A stretch of 64,000 nucleotides of DNA, taken from the NCBI GenBank assembly GCA_035387945.1, contig DAOOOX010000016.1, forward strand, positions 25,918 to 89,917, written 5' to 3'. Positions within the stretch are counted from its first letter, which is position 1. Each line of letters opens with the position of its first letter. The DNA is from Verrucomicrobiia bacterium. Lineage in GTDB: Bacteria > Verrucomicrobiota > Verrucomicrobiia > JADLBR01. Shown here piece after piece: positions 27,030 to 36,729 of this stretch. A model generated the notes under the pieces. It was not told the origin of the DNA and ran no database searches. It saw only the letters and a list, made by a program, of their open reading frames with translations. The position numbers and the translations under genes are program-made.

Positions 27030-29909
27030 CTATGGTGACTGGTGCGGCGGCTTTGGGGCCGGCCTTGCCGGGAAGACCTCGATTTCATCGATCATGACCC
27101 ACCCGTGCCTTATTGCCTGGAAACGAAGGAAGCGGGCGTCCCTCGGTTCAAACGTCAGGCCCATGAACGTGGCCGCGGATGCCTTGCCATCCTCGGCGGG
27201 GTGCTCGCGAGTTTCGCCCACCGATTCCCACGACTTGCCGTCGGAAGAGATCGCAACCGAAATCCTCTCGGGGAAATATACCCCGCCGGGTCCGCCACCA
27301 TGGACATGCACGCGCGCGGTCCCGATGCGGTGGGTGGCGCCCAGATCTAACTCTACGGTTGGGTCGGCCGCGATGAGGCCGGCGCACGCTTTCCAGCCGC
27401 TGCCGGCCCTGGCGAGGAACCCATCGGTCAGCAGGTTGGAGTTGTCGGCGTATTTCTCCTCGCCGGTCGGCTGCGGCTGAATCGAGTATGGCTGATGCGA
27501 CGCCACGTTCGTGCCCCCGGACAGGACCCGGATCTCGCTCAGCATCAGCCAGCCTTTCGGCATCAGCCGCAATCGGATGAATCGGCCGCGTGCGCCTGGC
27601 GTGCGGACGCTGAGCCAGCCCAGGGCAGAGCGGGAGCCGCCCACCTCGCGGATCTTGGTCTGCGCCGGTTCCCCGCCCGAAACGGCCGCCCATGTCCACT
27701 TCGATCCGTCCTCCGAAACCGCCGTCGTGACGCGCTCTGGAAACTCGACATTCGCATAGCCGCCACCCTGGACATGCACCTCAATCGCGTCGACGGCCCG
27801 CACCGTGCCAATGTCTAGGACGATCGACACGTCGCGCGCCATCGACCATTTCGCCCAACCCACGGTCTTGCCGTCGCCGAAGCCCTCGGAGGTTTGCCCA
27901 TCCGTCAGTTCGCGCCCCCCGCTGTCCGGGTATTGCGCGCGGAAGGGCGGGTCGTAGGTATAAGAGCAACCGGCGGCGAGATTCCTTGTCGGTAGCAGGG
28001 CGACCTCATCCGCGGCGATGGCCCCGGCGGCCGGATCTTCAACCGTGAGGGCGATCCGCCGGATGGGGCGGTCCAGCGGGACAAGGGCCATGCCATCCTT
28101 GTCCGCGGGATGCATGCCGGCCGCGGCATCCACGGAGGCCCGGGGAGAAAACGACTTGTCGCTGGCACGACGAAAATGCACCAGCAGCGATTCCGCGTGC
28201 CGTTCCTCTGGCAGCGTGAGGCGCACTTCGCCGCGATCGCCGTGCCAGACCGCCATGTCATCGCCGCCCATCACCCCATCGGTCAGGCACCGGGCAGGAT
28301 CGGTCGCCCCCGGCCCGATATCATACGGGTATCCGCAAAGCAGATGGGAGGCCGGCATCAGCAAGACCTCATCCACGGAGAGCCGGGGGATCCGCGCCAT
28401 GTCAACGTTCAGCCGGATCCGCCGCGCGAGCCGTGCCGGAAAAGTGAGCACCGCGAAACCGCCGCCGTCTTTCTCGGACAAGACGATGTTGTCCTCGGTC
28501 GCGACCTCCTCGAATGCGTCATCCTCCCCCCCGCGATCGAGGGCGAGGCTCACTTGTGTGGGGGCGGGACCGGTCTGGAAGTGGACCCTGACGTCCCCCA
28601 CGAGCCGCGCGCCGCCAAGGGGAAACGTGAGCGCAGCGTTCGGCCCAGAGATCTTGATGGCTGCCGCGCGCGAATCCGGCCGCGTATTCCAGAGGCCGTC
28701 CGCCAGGCACTTGTCGGCGGTATCGAGAGGCTGATAGGGCCGTCGCCGCTGGTACGTGCCCTTGTGGAATTGATACAGGTCGTCGTAGAGCCGGCGCAGT
28801 GCCGGATCGCCGCTATGGCAGAGCCCGGCGATGGCGTTATAGCCCTGATAATAGGCCCGGACCGCCCCGCGCTGGTAGCCGTCTAGCGAATCGTCCCCAT
28901 GATCGAGATAGAGTTGCAGGTTTATGCGGTCCCTGGGGTCGATGGGCGCCATTCTCTTGGCATCCATGTCGATCCCCATGTTCAGCTCCATCTCGATGCC
29001 CATGCCAAGCCGCCGGCACATGTTCGCGGCGACCGTCAGCCGGTTCTCATCGGGGATCTGCCGCAGCCCGAATGGTGGGATAAAGGCGTAGTTCGGTTGC
29101 ATGATCGTCAGGTCAAAACCGAGCTCGCGCCATTTCTCGACGCCCGGGGCGTTGAACCACGGGATCCAGTGGAATTTGTACCCGAGCGAATGGACCTCCT
29201 TCGCCGTCATCCGCACGATCCCCTCGTCCGAAGGCGAAATGCCCTCGTTCATCCAGTAGAAGCCCCAGAGCTTCAGGTTCCGGAACCCGCGTCCCTTCCA
29301 TCGCCCGACGAATTCGCGCAAGAACCAGGCCACCGCCTTTCCGCGCCCTTCGTCGGTGCTGAGGTTCTCCGTCGCCCCATCGCCGTCCGCGTCCCCGAAG
29401 TCTTTTTGCTTGGTCGACGGGTAGGGCACCATGACGATGACCGGCACGCGGGGCGCCGAGACGCACATCTCGCGCGCCGCGCCATCGATGGTCGCGTCCA
29501 GCGCGGCAAATTCGCGCCCCGGGGCGAATTCCTCGTCGAGATAGAATTCCCAGTCCTTCCGGTTGGTGTGACCTTCGATGTAAGTCTGTCCCGAAGGCGC
29601 CCCAGAAAACATCATGAATAGGTACGCGTCGTAGAACCAGTCGCGCGGCCTCCCGCCGCGATCGAGATATGCGACATACGGAAGGAAATTTTCCTGCCGC
29701 CAGCCATTCGTGTTGGCGTACACGAGCATGATGTCGCGCATGCCGTCGGATTGGGGCGACTGCGGCGGGCAGAAATCCGCGCGCGCGCCGGGGCCGCATG
29801 CCCACAGAAGGAGGGCGAACGTGATCGCCAATCCCCGCGCACATCCCCTGATCCGGTATCGCCGCATCGCGCCCGACATCCACTCGCTGCTGTCCGATCC
29901 TGCTGGCAT
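27030..29909 (-). CDS. DUF4855-like N-terminal domain fused to multiple discoidin/F5-8 type C-like domains, secreted
   Basis: 959 aa. The N-terminal region (MLVYANTNGW...FLPYVAYLD...WGFYWMNEG...FHWIPWF) resembles DUF4855. The C-terminal modules end in GWLMLSEIRVL and GWVMIDEIEVF, as discoidin domains do. The start is uncertain (29909, 29879 or 29867). Confidence 0.65.
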   Translation of the reverse strand: MPAGSDSSEWMSGAMRRYRIRGCARGLAITFALLLWACGPGARADFCPPQSPQSDGMRDIMLVYANTNGWRQENFLPYVAYLDRGGRPRDWFYDAYLFMMFSGAPSGQTYIEGHTNRKDWEFYLDEEFAPGREFAALDATIDGAAREMCVSAPRVPVIVMVPYPSTKQKDFGDADGDGATENLSTDEGRGKAVAWFLREFVGRWKGRGFRNLKLWGFYWMNEGISPSDEGIVRMTAKEVHSLGYKFHWIPWFNAPGVEKWRELGFDLTIMQPNYAFIPPFGLRQIPDENRLTVAANMCRRLGMGIEMELNMGIDMDAKRMAPIDPRDRINLQLYLDHGDDSLDGYQRGAVRAYYQGYNAIAGLCHSGDPALRRLYDDLYQFHKGTYQRRRPYQPLDTADKCLADGLWNTRPDSRAAAIKISGPNAALTFPLGGARLVGDVRVHFQTGPAPTQVSLALDRGGEDDAFEEVATEDNIVLSEKDGGGFAVLTFPARLARRIRLNVDMARIPRLSVDEVLLMPASHLLCGYPYDIGPGATDPARCLTDGVMGGDDMAVWHGDRGEVRLTLPEERHAESLLVHFRRASDKSFSPRASVDAAAGMHPADKDGMALVPLDRPIRRIALTVEDPAAGAIAADEVALLPTRNLAAGCSYTYDPPFRAQYPDSGGRELTDGQTSEGFGDGKTVGWAKWSMARDVSIVLDIGTVRAVDAIEVHVQGGGYANVEFPERVTTAVSEDGSKWTWAAVSGGEPAQTKIREVGGSRSALGWLSVRTPGARGRFIRLRLMPKGWLMLSEIRVLSGGTNVASHQPYSIQPQPTGEEKYADNSNLLTDGFLARAGSGWKACAGLIAADPTVELDLGATHRIGTARVHVHGGGPGGVYFPERISVAISSDGKSWESVGETREHPAEDGKASAATFMGLTFEPRDARFLRFQAIRHGWVMIDEIEVFPARPAPKPPHQSP

Positions 29910-29937
29910 GTCAAGAATCGAGAGTTGACCCCAAACC

Positions 29938-30687
29938 CTATAGGCTCCCGAGTAATGTCCTCGTGCTGAGCGCGATGACCAGGAGACCCACCGCGATCAT
30001 GAAGGGTTTCGTAGGGAGCCTCTTGCACGCCCAGGCTCCCAGGGGTGCGGCGAGGATGCCGCCCAGCGCCAGGCCCAGGATGATTGGCCAGCCGCCGAGG
30101 CCCAGGGTCAGGAAGAAGGTCGCGGAAGCGGCGAGGGTCACGAAGAACTCGGCGGCATTGACGCTGCCGATGGTCTCGCGGACCTCGTTTCCACGCGCGA
30201 TCAGCGTGGTCGCAACGATCGGCCCCCAGCCTCCGCCGCCGATCGCATCAAGAAAGGCCCCGAAGAACCCCAGGGGCGCCAGTTGCGTCGTCACCGCCCG
30301 CGGGGGGAATTCCCGGAATGCCTTCACGATGATCACCATGCCCATCACCAGCAGGTAACCGGCGATGTAGGGTTTCAGCGCATCCCCGGGGAGCTGCGAC
30401 AGCAGGTAGGCCCCGCAGATCGCCCCGAGCACGCCGGGCACGACGAGGCGGCGAAACAACCGCCCGCTGATATTGCCGAACGCGCGATGCGAAAGGGCGG
30501 AAGCCCCGGTGGTGAAACATTCGGCCGCGTGGACCGTCGCGCTCGCCGTGGGGGGGGGCACGCCGAGGCCCATAAGCAGCGTGCATGCGGTCACCCCGTA
30601 CGCCATTCCCAGTGCGCCATCGACCAATTGCGCCGCGAAGCCCACGAAGAGATACAGCCAGAAGTGTTCCATCGGACTCGAACCCAC
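29938..30687 (-). CDS. sulfite exporter TauE/SafE family membrane protein
   Basis: 249 aa. FAAQLVDGALGMAYGVTACTLLMGLGVPPPTASATVHAAE is typical of the DUF81/TauE family. About 8 TM helices. Confidence 0.85.
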   Translation of the reverse strand: MGSSPMEHFWLYLFVGFAAQLVDGALGMAYGVTACTLLMGLGVPPPTASATVHAAECFTTGASALSHRAFGNISGRLFRRLVVPGVLGAICGAYLLSQLPGDALKPYIAGYLLVMGMVIIVKAFREFPPRAVTTQLAPLGFFGAFLDAIGGGGWGPIVATTLIARGNEVRETIGSVNAAEFFVTLAASATFFLTLGLGGWPIILGLALGGILAAPLGAWACKRLPTKPFMIAVGLLVIALSTRTLLGSL

Positions 30688-30791
30688 TGCTGCCTAGCCT
30701 GAACCATCCGGTGGCCGCCTGCAATATCCCAACGATCCACAGGATGCCCGACACGGCTTCAGCCGCAGGGCGATGTTTTGACACCAAAGGG

Positions 30792-31979
30792 TCAGCCTGG
30801 TTCTGTGTTGGGATGCCAAGGATCGAGCGTTGACCGCGGCGGTCCCGATCGCCCTTTTCCCTGGGCCGACAGGACGGCGCGCGCTGCGGCCTCGGGCGTC
30901 ACCTGGCGCAAGAAGGCCTCCTGCTTCGCCATGGCCACGCGCTCCACGTCCGGCGAGATGTCGATCTCGTTCGGGCAATAGACCCCAGTCTCGATTTTAG
31001 CGCAGTAGAGATTGCGGATAAAGACCACCGGCACGCCTGCGGCATTGGCGATGTGCCGCGGTCCCGAATCGGTGGCAAAGACCACCGAGCATTTTTCGAG
31101 AAAGCAGCACATGGCGCGGAGGTTCATGTCGCCCGCCGTGACGCGGGCGGCGATCCCGAGGTCGCGCGCGAAGGAAGCCAGCATCTGGCGATCCGAGGAT
31201 CCGCCGGCGAGGACCACTTCGATCTGAGAATCCTGACAGACCTGTCGCAACATCTGCGCATAGCAGTCGGGCGGCCAGACTCTTGAGGGTTGTCGGGTTG
31301 ACATGAAACAGGCCATGACCGGTCGTCTTCCCAGTTCCAGTTTGTCCCAGACGCGTCTTGCGGACTCGCGATCGTCGGAATTCGGGAAGATCTGCGGCGT
31401 CAGGGGCCAAACCGGGGCTTGCCCCGTGATCGTGGCGACCATGTCCCGGAAATACTCTGCCCAGGGCTTCGGGCGGGTCCAGGGCACTGGGTGCGTCACC
31501 ACGCCGGATAACCCCCTATGCACAAATCCGGCGCGATTGGGGACCCGCAGGCGCAATGGGATGCGAAGATCCATCCAATACGATTCCGGGTTTGTGCACA
31601 AGGCCACGTCGAACCCCAGCCTGCCCATCGCCGCCCACCCGCCTTTCGCTATCCGCAAGCTCTCACCAGGTGGGCAGAGGGGCAGCACCGATGCCAGGTG
31701 CGGGTTGCCCGCCAGCACTTCCGCCGAATCGGGTGCCGCCAGATAGTGCCATTCGCACGCCGGCAAGCCCCGCCTCAGTGCCTCGAGCGATGCGGTCCGA
31801 TACAGCACGTCGCCGATCTTCGTGTGGCCGAGGATCAGGCCCCGTCGCCATTCTTCCGGTGGCGAGATCGGCCGGCCACACCACCAGCCCGCGCAGGCGC
31901 GGAGCAATGGTGCCACCACCTCACTGGCGACTCCAGCGAGGTAATTGTGCGGCTTCCGGAAATGCGCCCGTGAGATCAT
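30792..31979 (-). CDS. glycosyltransferase family 9 (heptosyltransferase-like)
   Basis: 395 aa. ILGHTKIGDVLYRTASLEALRRGLP at the N-terminus and VFATDSGPRHIANAAGVPVVFI near the C-terminus are GT9 hallmarks. Confidence 0.8.
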   Translation of the reverse strand: MISRAHFRKPHNYLAGVASEVVAPLLRACAGWWCGRPISPPEEWRRGLILGHTKIGDVLYRTASLEALRRGLPACEWHYLAAPDSAEVLAGNPHLASVLPLCPPGESLRIAKGGWAAMGRLGFDVALCTNPESYWMDLRIPLRLRVPNRAGFVHRGLSGVVTHPVPWTRPKPWAEYFRDMVATITGQAPVWPLTPQIFPNSDDRESARRVWDKLELGRRPVMACFMSTRQPSRVWPPDCYAQMLRQVCQDSQIEVVLAGGSSDRQMLASFARDLGIAARVTAGDMNLRAMCCFLEKCSVVFATDSGPRHIANAAGVPVVFIRNLYCAKIETGVYCPNEIDISPDVERVAMAKQEAFLRQVTPEAAARAVLSAQGKGRSGPPRSTLDPWHPNTEPG

Positions 31980-32047
31980 TCCGCGCGGTCACTCCGCTTG
32001 GGCCTGGGGCCCCTGGCGCATGTTGCATCGACTCGTCCCCCTGTCTC

Positions 32048-32983
32048 TCATCGTGCCACCCACTGGTAGACCTTGCGCGCGGTGTCGGAAAAGACTTTTG
32101 CGAAGGCTTCTGGGCCGCGGGATGTGAAGTAGTCGTGGGCGATGCGGTATACGGTCTTGAGGGGGGCGTACATCTCGCAGACGGGCCAATTGGAACCATA
32201 GAGGAGGCGGTCGGGGCCAAAGATTTGCCAGATGAGGTCCAGCGCGGGGCGATAGAAATCGGGGTCGCTTGGGGCGGATCCGTCGCGCTTGCCGGTGGCC
32301 TCCACGAGCCCGGAGACCTTGATGAAGATCTTGCCCCTTCGGGCGATCGAGGCCATCGCGTTGGCCCATTCCTTGGCGATGGGGCCGCCGTCGAGCTTGA
32401 GTCCGGGGAGGTGGTCAAGGACGATGCGGAGGCTGCGGAATCGGTCGGCGATGCCTTCCGCGAAGGGAAGGGCGTCGCTGCCGACGAGTTCGAGGGAGAG
32501 GTCGTGGTCGGCGAGGCGTTTGACGTCGGCGATCATGCCGTCGTCCTCTAGCGCACCATCGAGTTTCACGTCGCGGATGCGGATGCCGCGAAAGACCGGG
32601 TTCTTGGCGAAGCGGTCAATGAGGCCGGCGAAGGCCGGGGTGCCGATGGGGAGGTTGCCGACAAAGCCCGCGATGAATTTCTCCTTCTTGGCGAGGTCGA
32701 GGATCCACTGGTTGTCTTCGACCAGTGGGCTCGCTTCGACGACGATGGTGGCGGCGGCGCGATCGGTGCCGTGGCGCAAAGGGTACTTGGAGGGAAGGAC
32801 GGTGCGGTACAGGACGGGATTGTCCTTGGGGGGCCAGGGGACGCCGCCCGGGCGCGATGGGTCGTAGAAGTGCGTGTGCGTGTCAATGACGCGTGGTCCG
32901 CGGGGGCCGCAGCCGCCAAGCGCCCCGGCGGTCCAGCCGAGGGCCATGCCCGCGAACCGTCTGCGGGTAATGTCGGTGTTCAT
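32048..32983 (-). CDS. amidohydrolase family protein (amidohydrolase_2 type) with twin-arginine signal
   Basis: 311 aa with a Tat signal (MNTDITRRRFAGMALGWTAG). It has the metal-binding VIDTHTHFYDP motif. Confidence 0.8.
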   Translation of the reverse strand: MNTDITRRRFAGMALGWTAGALGGCGPRGPRVIDTHTHFYDPSRPGGVPWPPKDNPVLYRTVLPSKYPLRHGTDRAAATIVVEASPLVEDNQWILDLAKKEKFIAGFVGNLPIGTPAFAGLIDRFAKNPVFRGIRIRDVKLDGALEDDGMIADVKRLADHDLSLELVGSDALPFAEGIADRFRSLRIVLDHLPGLKLDGGPIAKEWANAMASIARRGKIFIKVSGLVEATGKRDGSAPSDPDFYRPALDLIWQIFGPDRLLYGSNWPVCEMYAPLKTVYRIAHDYFTSRGPEAFAKVFSDTARKVYQWVAR

Positions 32984-33161
32984 GGATGAAATCGTAAACT
33001 ACGCGAAGACCGGAGGGTCTGTCGATTCTGCGCGTGACCGGTGCATTGCGCCAGGATCGTCGGGCCGCGGATGCCGTTGCGCCGTGGGGCGGCCCTGTTG
33101 TTTGCTGGCACGGGCAAGAGACCGCCGACGCAGGCAGGATTGCCTGAGCCACGGTTTCGCA

Positions 33162-33407
33162 TCATTGTTTCTCGTAGACGCCCTTGTCCACGCGTTTGAG
33201 CACGGTGAAACCCGCGCTCTTGGCTTCGGAGACCGACAGCGGCTTGGCGACCTTCGGGGTGTTGAACGCGGACAGCACCCGCCGCACCGCCTTCTTGCAG
33301 ATCGGGCAGTGCGTCAGTTCCGGACGGTCGGCCGGTCGCCTCAATTCGAAGCGGCCACCGCAGATCTTGCATTCGCCCTCGACGAGCTCGTACTGATACA
33401 GGGGCAT
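33162..33407 (-). CDS. FmdB family zinc-ribbon protein
   Basis: Trimmed to 81 aa from MPLYQYELVEGECKICGGRFELRRPADRPELTHCPICKK. This shows the canonical MPxYxYxC start and CxxC...CPxC. Confidence 0.8.
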   Translation of the reverse strand: MPLYQYELVEGECKICGGRFELRRPADRPELTHCPICKKAVRRVLSAFNTPKVAKPLSVSEAKSAGFTVLKRVDKGVYEKQ

Positions 33408-33529
33408 CCGATTAATGATACGACGCCGTGCGGGCCCGCGCAATGGGGATGAGGATTCGCATGCGCGATGCTGCCCAGCGTATGCCCCGCGGTCGGCTAC
33501 GAGAATCTCCTGGCTGGTGCGCCCCGCCT

Positions 33530-33558
33530 TTGACCTCCGCGACGCACGGCGGTATCCT
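33530..33558 (+). promoter_or_regulatory. candidate sigma70-type promoter for glf
   Basis: TTGACC (33530-35), a 17-nt spacer, then TATCCT (33553-58), about 40 nt upstream of the proposed TTG start. The promoter rules of this phylum are uncertain. Confidence 0.3.
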
Positions 33559-33598
33559 GTTGGGCCACGGGGCGACCAAGAATCCCTCAGATCGAACC

Positions 33599-34711
33599 TT
33601 GAAGTGTGACGTCCTCATCGTCGGTGCCGGTTTTGCCGGGGCCGTGCTGGCAGAACGCATCGCCTCGCAGATGGGGAGGCGGTGCACGGTCGTCGATCGC
33701 CGGGATCACATAGGGGGCAATGCATTCGACCGGTATGATGGCGCGGGGGTCCTGATCCATCCCTGCGGTCCCCATTACTTTCACACGAATTCCGACCGCA
33801 TCGTCGAGTACCTGTCCCAATTCACCGATTGGCGCCCGGTGGAATTCAGGGTGCTTTCGTATGCCGGGGGGAGATATTGGCAGTTTCCCATCAATCTCAA
33901 TACGTTCGAGCAAATCCTCGGGCGTCCCTCGACACCCGGGGAGATGGAGGCCACGCTGGCCCGGTGGCGGATCCCCATCGAGAACCCGAAGAATTCAGAA
34001 GAGATGATCCTGTCGCAGGTGGGCCCCCGGCTCTACGAGATGTTTTTCAAGAAATACACCCGCAAGCAATGGCGGCGTGATCCCAGCGAACTGGACCCCG
34101 CGGTCTGCGGGCGCATCCCGGTCCGCACCACCCGCGACGATCGCTACCTGTCCGATAGATTTCAGGCGCTGCCCAGGGACGGGTACGCCACCATGTTCCG
34201 TCGCATGCTGGATCACCCGCTGATCGAAGTCCGCACCGGCGTGGATTTTCGCGACATCCGGTCGGCGGCGAAGTGGAACCATCTGATCTATACTGGCCCC
34301 ATCGATGAGTATTACGGGCACGTTTTCGGCCCGTTGCCCTACCGGACGCTGCGGTTCGAGAACGAGACACTCGCCGAGGAGTTTCATCTGCCCGCGATGC
34401 AGGTCAACTATCCGGGCGACGAACCCTTCACCCGCGTCGTGGAAATCAAGCGAGCCACGGGGCAGAAGATCCCCGTCACCACCATCGTGCGCGAGTTTCC
34501 CGAAGATTACGGACCGGGGAAGGAACCCTATTACCCGGTTCCCGCGTCCGACGCCCGCGCCCAGTACCTCCGTTACGCGGATCTCGCCGCGCGGGAACCC
34601 GGCGTTTCCTTCGTTGGCCGTCTCGCCGCCTATCGCTATTGCAACATGGACCAGGTCGTCGGAATGGCGCTTGCAGAGTTCGATGGGCTGAAGGAACGAA
34701 AGCCCGGATGA
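33599..34711 (+). CDS. glf: UDP-galactopyranose mutase
   Basis: It carries DVLIVGAGFAGAVLAERIA (FAD fold), IGGNAFD and HPCGPHYFHTN. The track ORF starts at GTG 33428, only 20 nt from the divergent FmdB start. The in-frame TTG at 33599, just before the GxGxxG motif, is proposed instead. The start remains uncertain. Confidence 0.88.
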   Translation: MKCDVLIVGAGFAGAVLAERIASQMGRRCTVVDRRDHIGGNAFDRYDGAGVLIHPCGPHYFHTNSDRIVEYLSQFTDWRPVEFRVLSYAGGRYWQFPINLNTFEQILGRPSTPGEMEATLARWRIPIENPKNSEEMILSQVGPRLYEMFFKKYTRKQWRRDPSELDPAVCGRIPVRTTRDDRYLSDRFQALPRDGYATMFRRMLDHPLIEVRTGVDFRDIRSAAKWNHLIYTGPIDEYYGHVFGPLPYRTLRFENETLAEEFHLPAMQVNYPGDEPFTRVVEIKRATGQKIPVTTIVREFPEDYGPGKEPYYPVPASDARAQYLRYADLAAREPGVSFVGRLAAYRYCNMDQVVGMALAEFDGLKERKPG

Positions 34712-34837
34712 TGCCCGTGTCCTATGATGCGGGCAATCGTGCCCGCGGCGGGGTCCTGTGCGGGTGGTTGCGGGAAGGATGGTTTTGCCACGCGGTGCTT
34801 GGGAATCCACGGGCTGTTCACTTTGGCGTTGCGCCGC

Positions 34838-34976
34838 CCTCCGATCCCAGGGCTTTTGGTTCGCTCGACCGAAGCTGCTGGAGTCCAGGCTTTAGCCTGT
34901 TTCGAGCCCGATTCAGCCTAAAGGCTGGACTCCAACAGGTTGCTGTCGAATAACCAAAAGGCCTGCCTCCGATCCC
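34838..34976. repeat. ~140-bp nested palindromic intergenic element
   Basis: ctggagtccaggctttagcctg (34878-99) faces cagcctaaaggctggactccaac (34914-36). The outer arms gggcttttggttcg and cgaataaccaaaaggcc are also complementary. cctccgatccc occurs at both edges. Confidence 0.6.
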
Positions 34977-35058
34977 CCGTCGCTTCCGGCTTGAGTGGCA
35001 AAAGGCATTCGCCGATGATCCCCTGGCCGGTCTCCCGACGTCCGAGACCGCGCAAGAC

Positions 35059-36729
35059 ATGACCCACCCTCAGACAGCGATCATTTTGGCGGCAGGGGCC
35101 CCGCCTCCATCGCTCATCTCCATCTATGGGAAGACGTGCTGCGCCATGCTCCCCATCCGCGGCAGACCGGCCATCCATCGGTCCCTTGGCTACCTCGCGC
35201 AACTGGGCATCCGGCGGGCCATCGTGGGTGTGCGGCCGGAGGAGACGCGGCTGCCGGAGTTTCTCGCACACAGCTTTGGTCAGCGCGTCGAGATAGTCGT
35301 GCGTCGCATCCCGGAAGATCGCGGGCCGGGCTATTCGCTGTTGCAGTGCCTTGATGCGTGGGCGTCGGACGCGCGGTCGGAACAGGGCGTGCTGGTCGTG
35401 CTCGGCGACACCCTCTTTCGTCTGGAAAACGACTCTCGGGAACTCCTCGGGGAAAGCTTTGTGCTGACGGGACCCGTCGAGGATTCCGAGCGGTGGTGCC
35501 TCGCGGAGGTGGACGCCGATGGACGCGTCACGAGACTGGAGGACAAGCCGCGGTCGAATGTCCCCGGTCTCCCGGCGCTCATAGGTGTCTATGGCCTGAA
35601 TCCGGCGCGGGACGCCATGGATGCACTGGCGGCCGAGGCGGTCGCCGGCAGCCCATCCATCCAGCTCCGCCACGCGTTGCGGCCCTATATTGAATCGGGG
35701 CGCCTGCGGGCCCACACCGCGGCCGAGTGGACCGATTGCGGCAACCTGGACCGCTATAACGAGGCGCGGCGGCGAGCGCTGCCGGCACGCGAGTTCAATG
35801 AACTGAGCATCGACCCTCTCAGGGGCACGATCACAAAACGCAGCCGTAATCGCGCGAAGTTCCTCAACGAGATCAACTACTACCGCTTGCTGCCCCCTGA
35901 CCTCTCGATCTTCTTCCCGAGGCTGGTCAGTTTTGGCATCGCGCCCGACGACACTTTTCTGACCCTGGAGTACTACGGGTACCCGACGCTGTCCGAGATG
36001 TGGCTCTTCGAGGGATTTGGGCCCGGCTTCTGGCAGCGCACCTTCCGCAAGCTTGGGCAGATCATCGATTGTTTCGCCAAGCACACGGCCGAGCTGTCCC
36101 CGGGGGCGGCGGAGGCGTTATACTGGCGCAAGACGCTGGACAGGATCGCCGCATGGTCGTCCCAGGGCGCCGAGTTCCAGAATCTGGTGGCGGCCCCCAC
36201 GCTCACGCTGGATGGCGTGGTGCTGGAGGGATGGCCGCGCCTCCAGGCCGCGCTCGAGCCGCGCGTGCGACAACTGTGCGCGCGAACACAGGCGGCGATC
36301 ATCCACGGCGACCTGTGCTTCCCCAACATCCTTTTCGATCCCGTCAACGATCTTTTCAAATTCATCGATCCCCGCGGCAGTTTCGGCGATGCGGGCATCT
36401 ACGGCGACCTCCGCTACGACGTCGCCAAACTCCTCCACTCCATCGACGGGGCCTACGATTGCCTGATCCAAGATCTTTTCCGTCTCGATGGGGAGGGCGG
36501 GGTATTTCGGCTCGACGTTTACCACCCGTCGAACCGCCCCGAGGTCACGGGGGCGTTCTGGGAGGCGTTGCGGGGTCGTTTCCGCCGCGATGAGATCCGG
36601 TTCATCGAGGGGCTGCTGTTCGTGAGCATGACGCCGTTGCACGCGGATTCGCCGCAACGCCAGAAGGCTCTGTTCTTGACAGGGGTGCGCATTCTCAACG
36701 AGGTTCTGGGCCATGAGAATATGCCTTGA
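35059..36729 (+). CDS. bifunctional protein: divergent sugar-phosphate nucleotidyltransferase domain plus APH/choline-kinase-fold kinase domain
   Basis: 556 aa. The N-terminus reads AIILAAGAPP...MLPIRGRPAI...VVLGDTLF (NTP_transferase-like, atypical P-loop). The C-terminus reads IIHGDLCFPNILFD...FIDPRG...DLRYDVAKL (kinase catalytic loop and DxG-like motif). Confidence 0.7.
   Translation: MTHPQTAIILAAGAPPPSLISIYGKTCCAMLPIRGRPAIHRSLGYLAQLGIRRAIVGVRPEETRLPEFLAHSFGQRVEIVVRRIPEDRGPGYSLLQCLDAWASDARSEQGVLVVLGDTLFRLENDSRELLGESFVLTGPVEDSERWCLAEVDADGRVTRLEDKPRSNVPGLPALIGVYGLNPARDAMDALAAEAVAGSPSIQLRHALRPYIESGRLRAHTAAEWTDCGNLDRYNEARRRALPAREFNELSIDPLRGTITKRSRNRAKFLNEINYYRLLPPDLSIFFPRLVSFGIAPDDTFLTLEYYGYPTLSEMWLFEGFGPGFWQRTFRKLGQIIDCFAKHTAELSPGAAEALYWRKTLDRIAAWSSQGAEFQNLVAAPTLTLDGVVLEGWPRLQAALEPRVRQLCARTQAAIIHGDLCFPNILFDPVNDLFKFIDPRGSFGDAGIYGDLRYDVAKLLHSIDGAYDCLIQDLFRLDGEGGVFRLDVYHPSNRPEVTGAFWEALRGRFRRDEIRFIEGLLFVSMTPLHADSPQRQKALFLTGVRILNEVLGHENMP

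Noticed and set aside
34918-36084. 388-aa minus-strand ORF overlapping the kinase/nucleotidyltransferase fusion
   Set aside because: The plus-strand frame has recognisable NTP_transferase and kinase motifs. The minus-strand product has none, and its 3' (stop) end runs into the upstream palindromic repeat.
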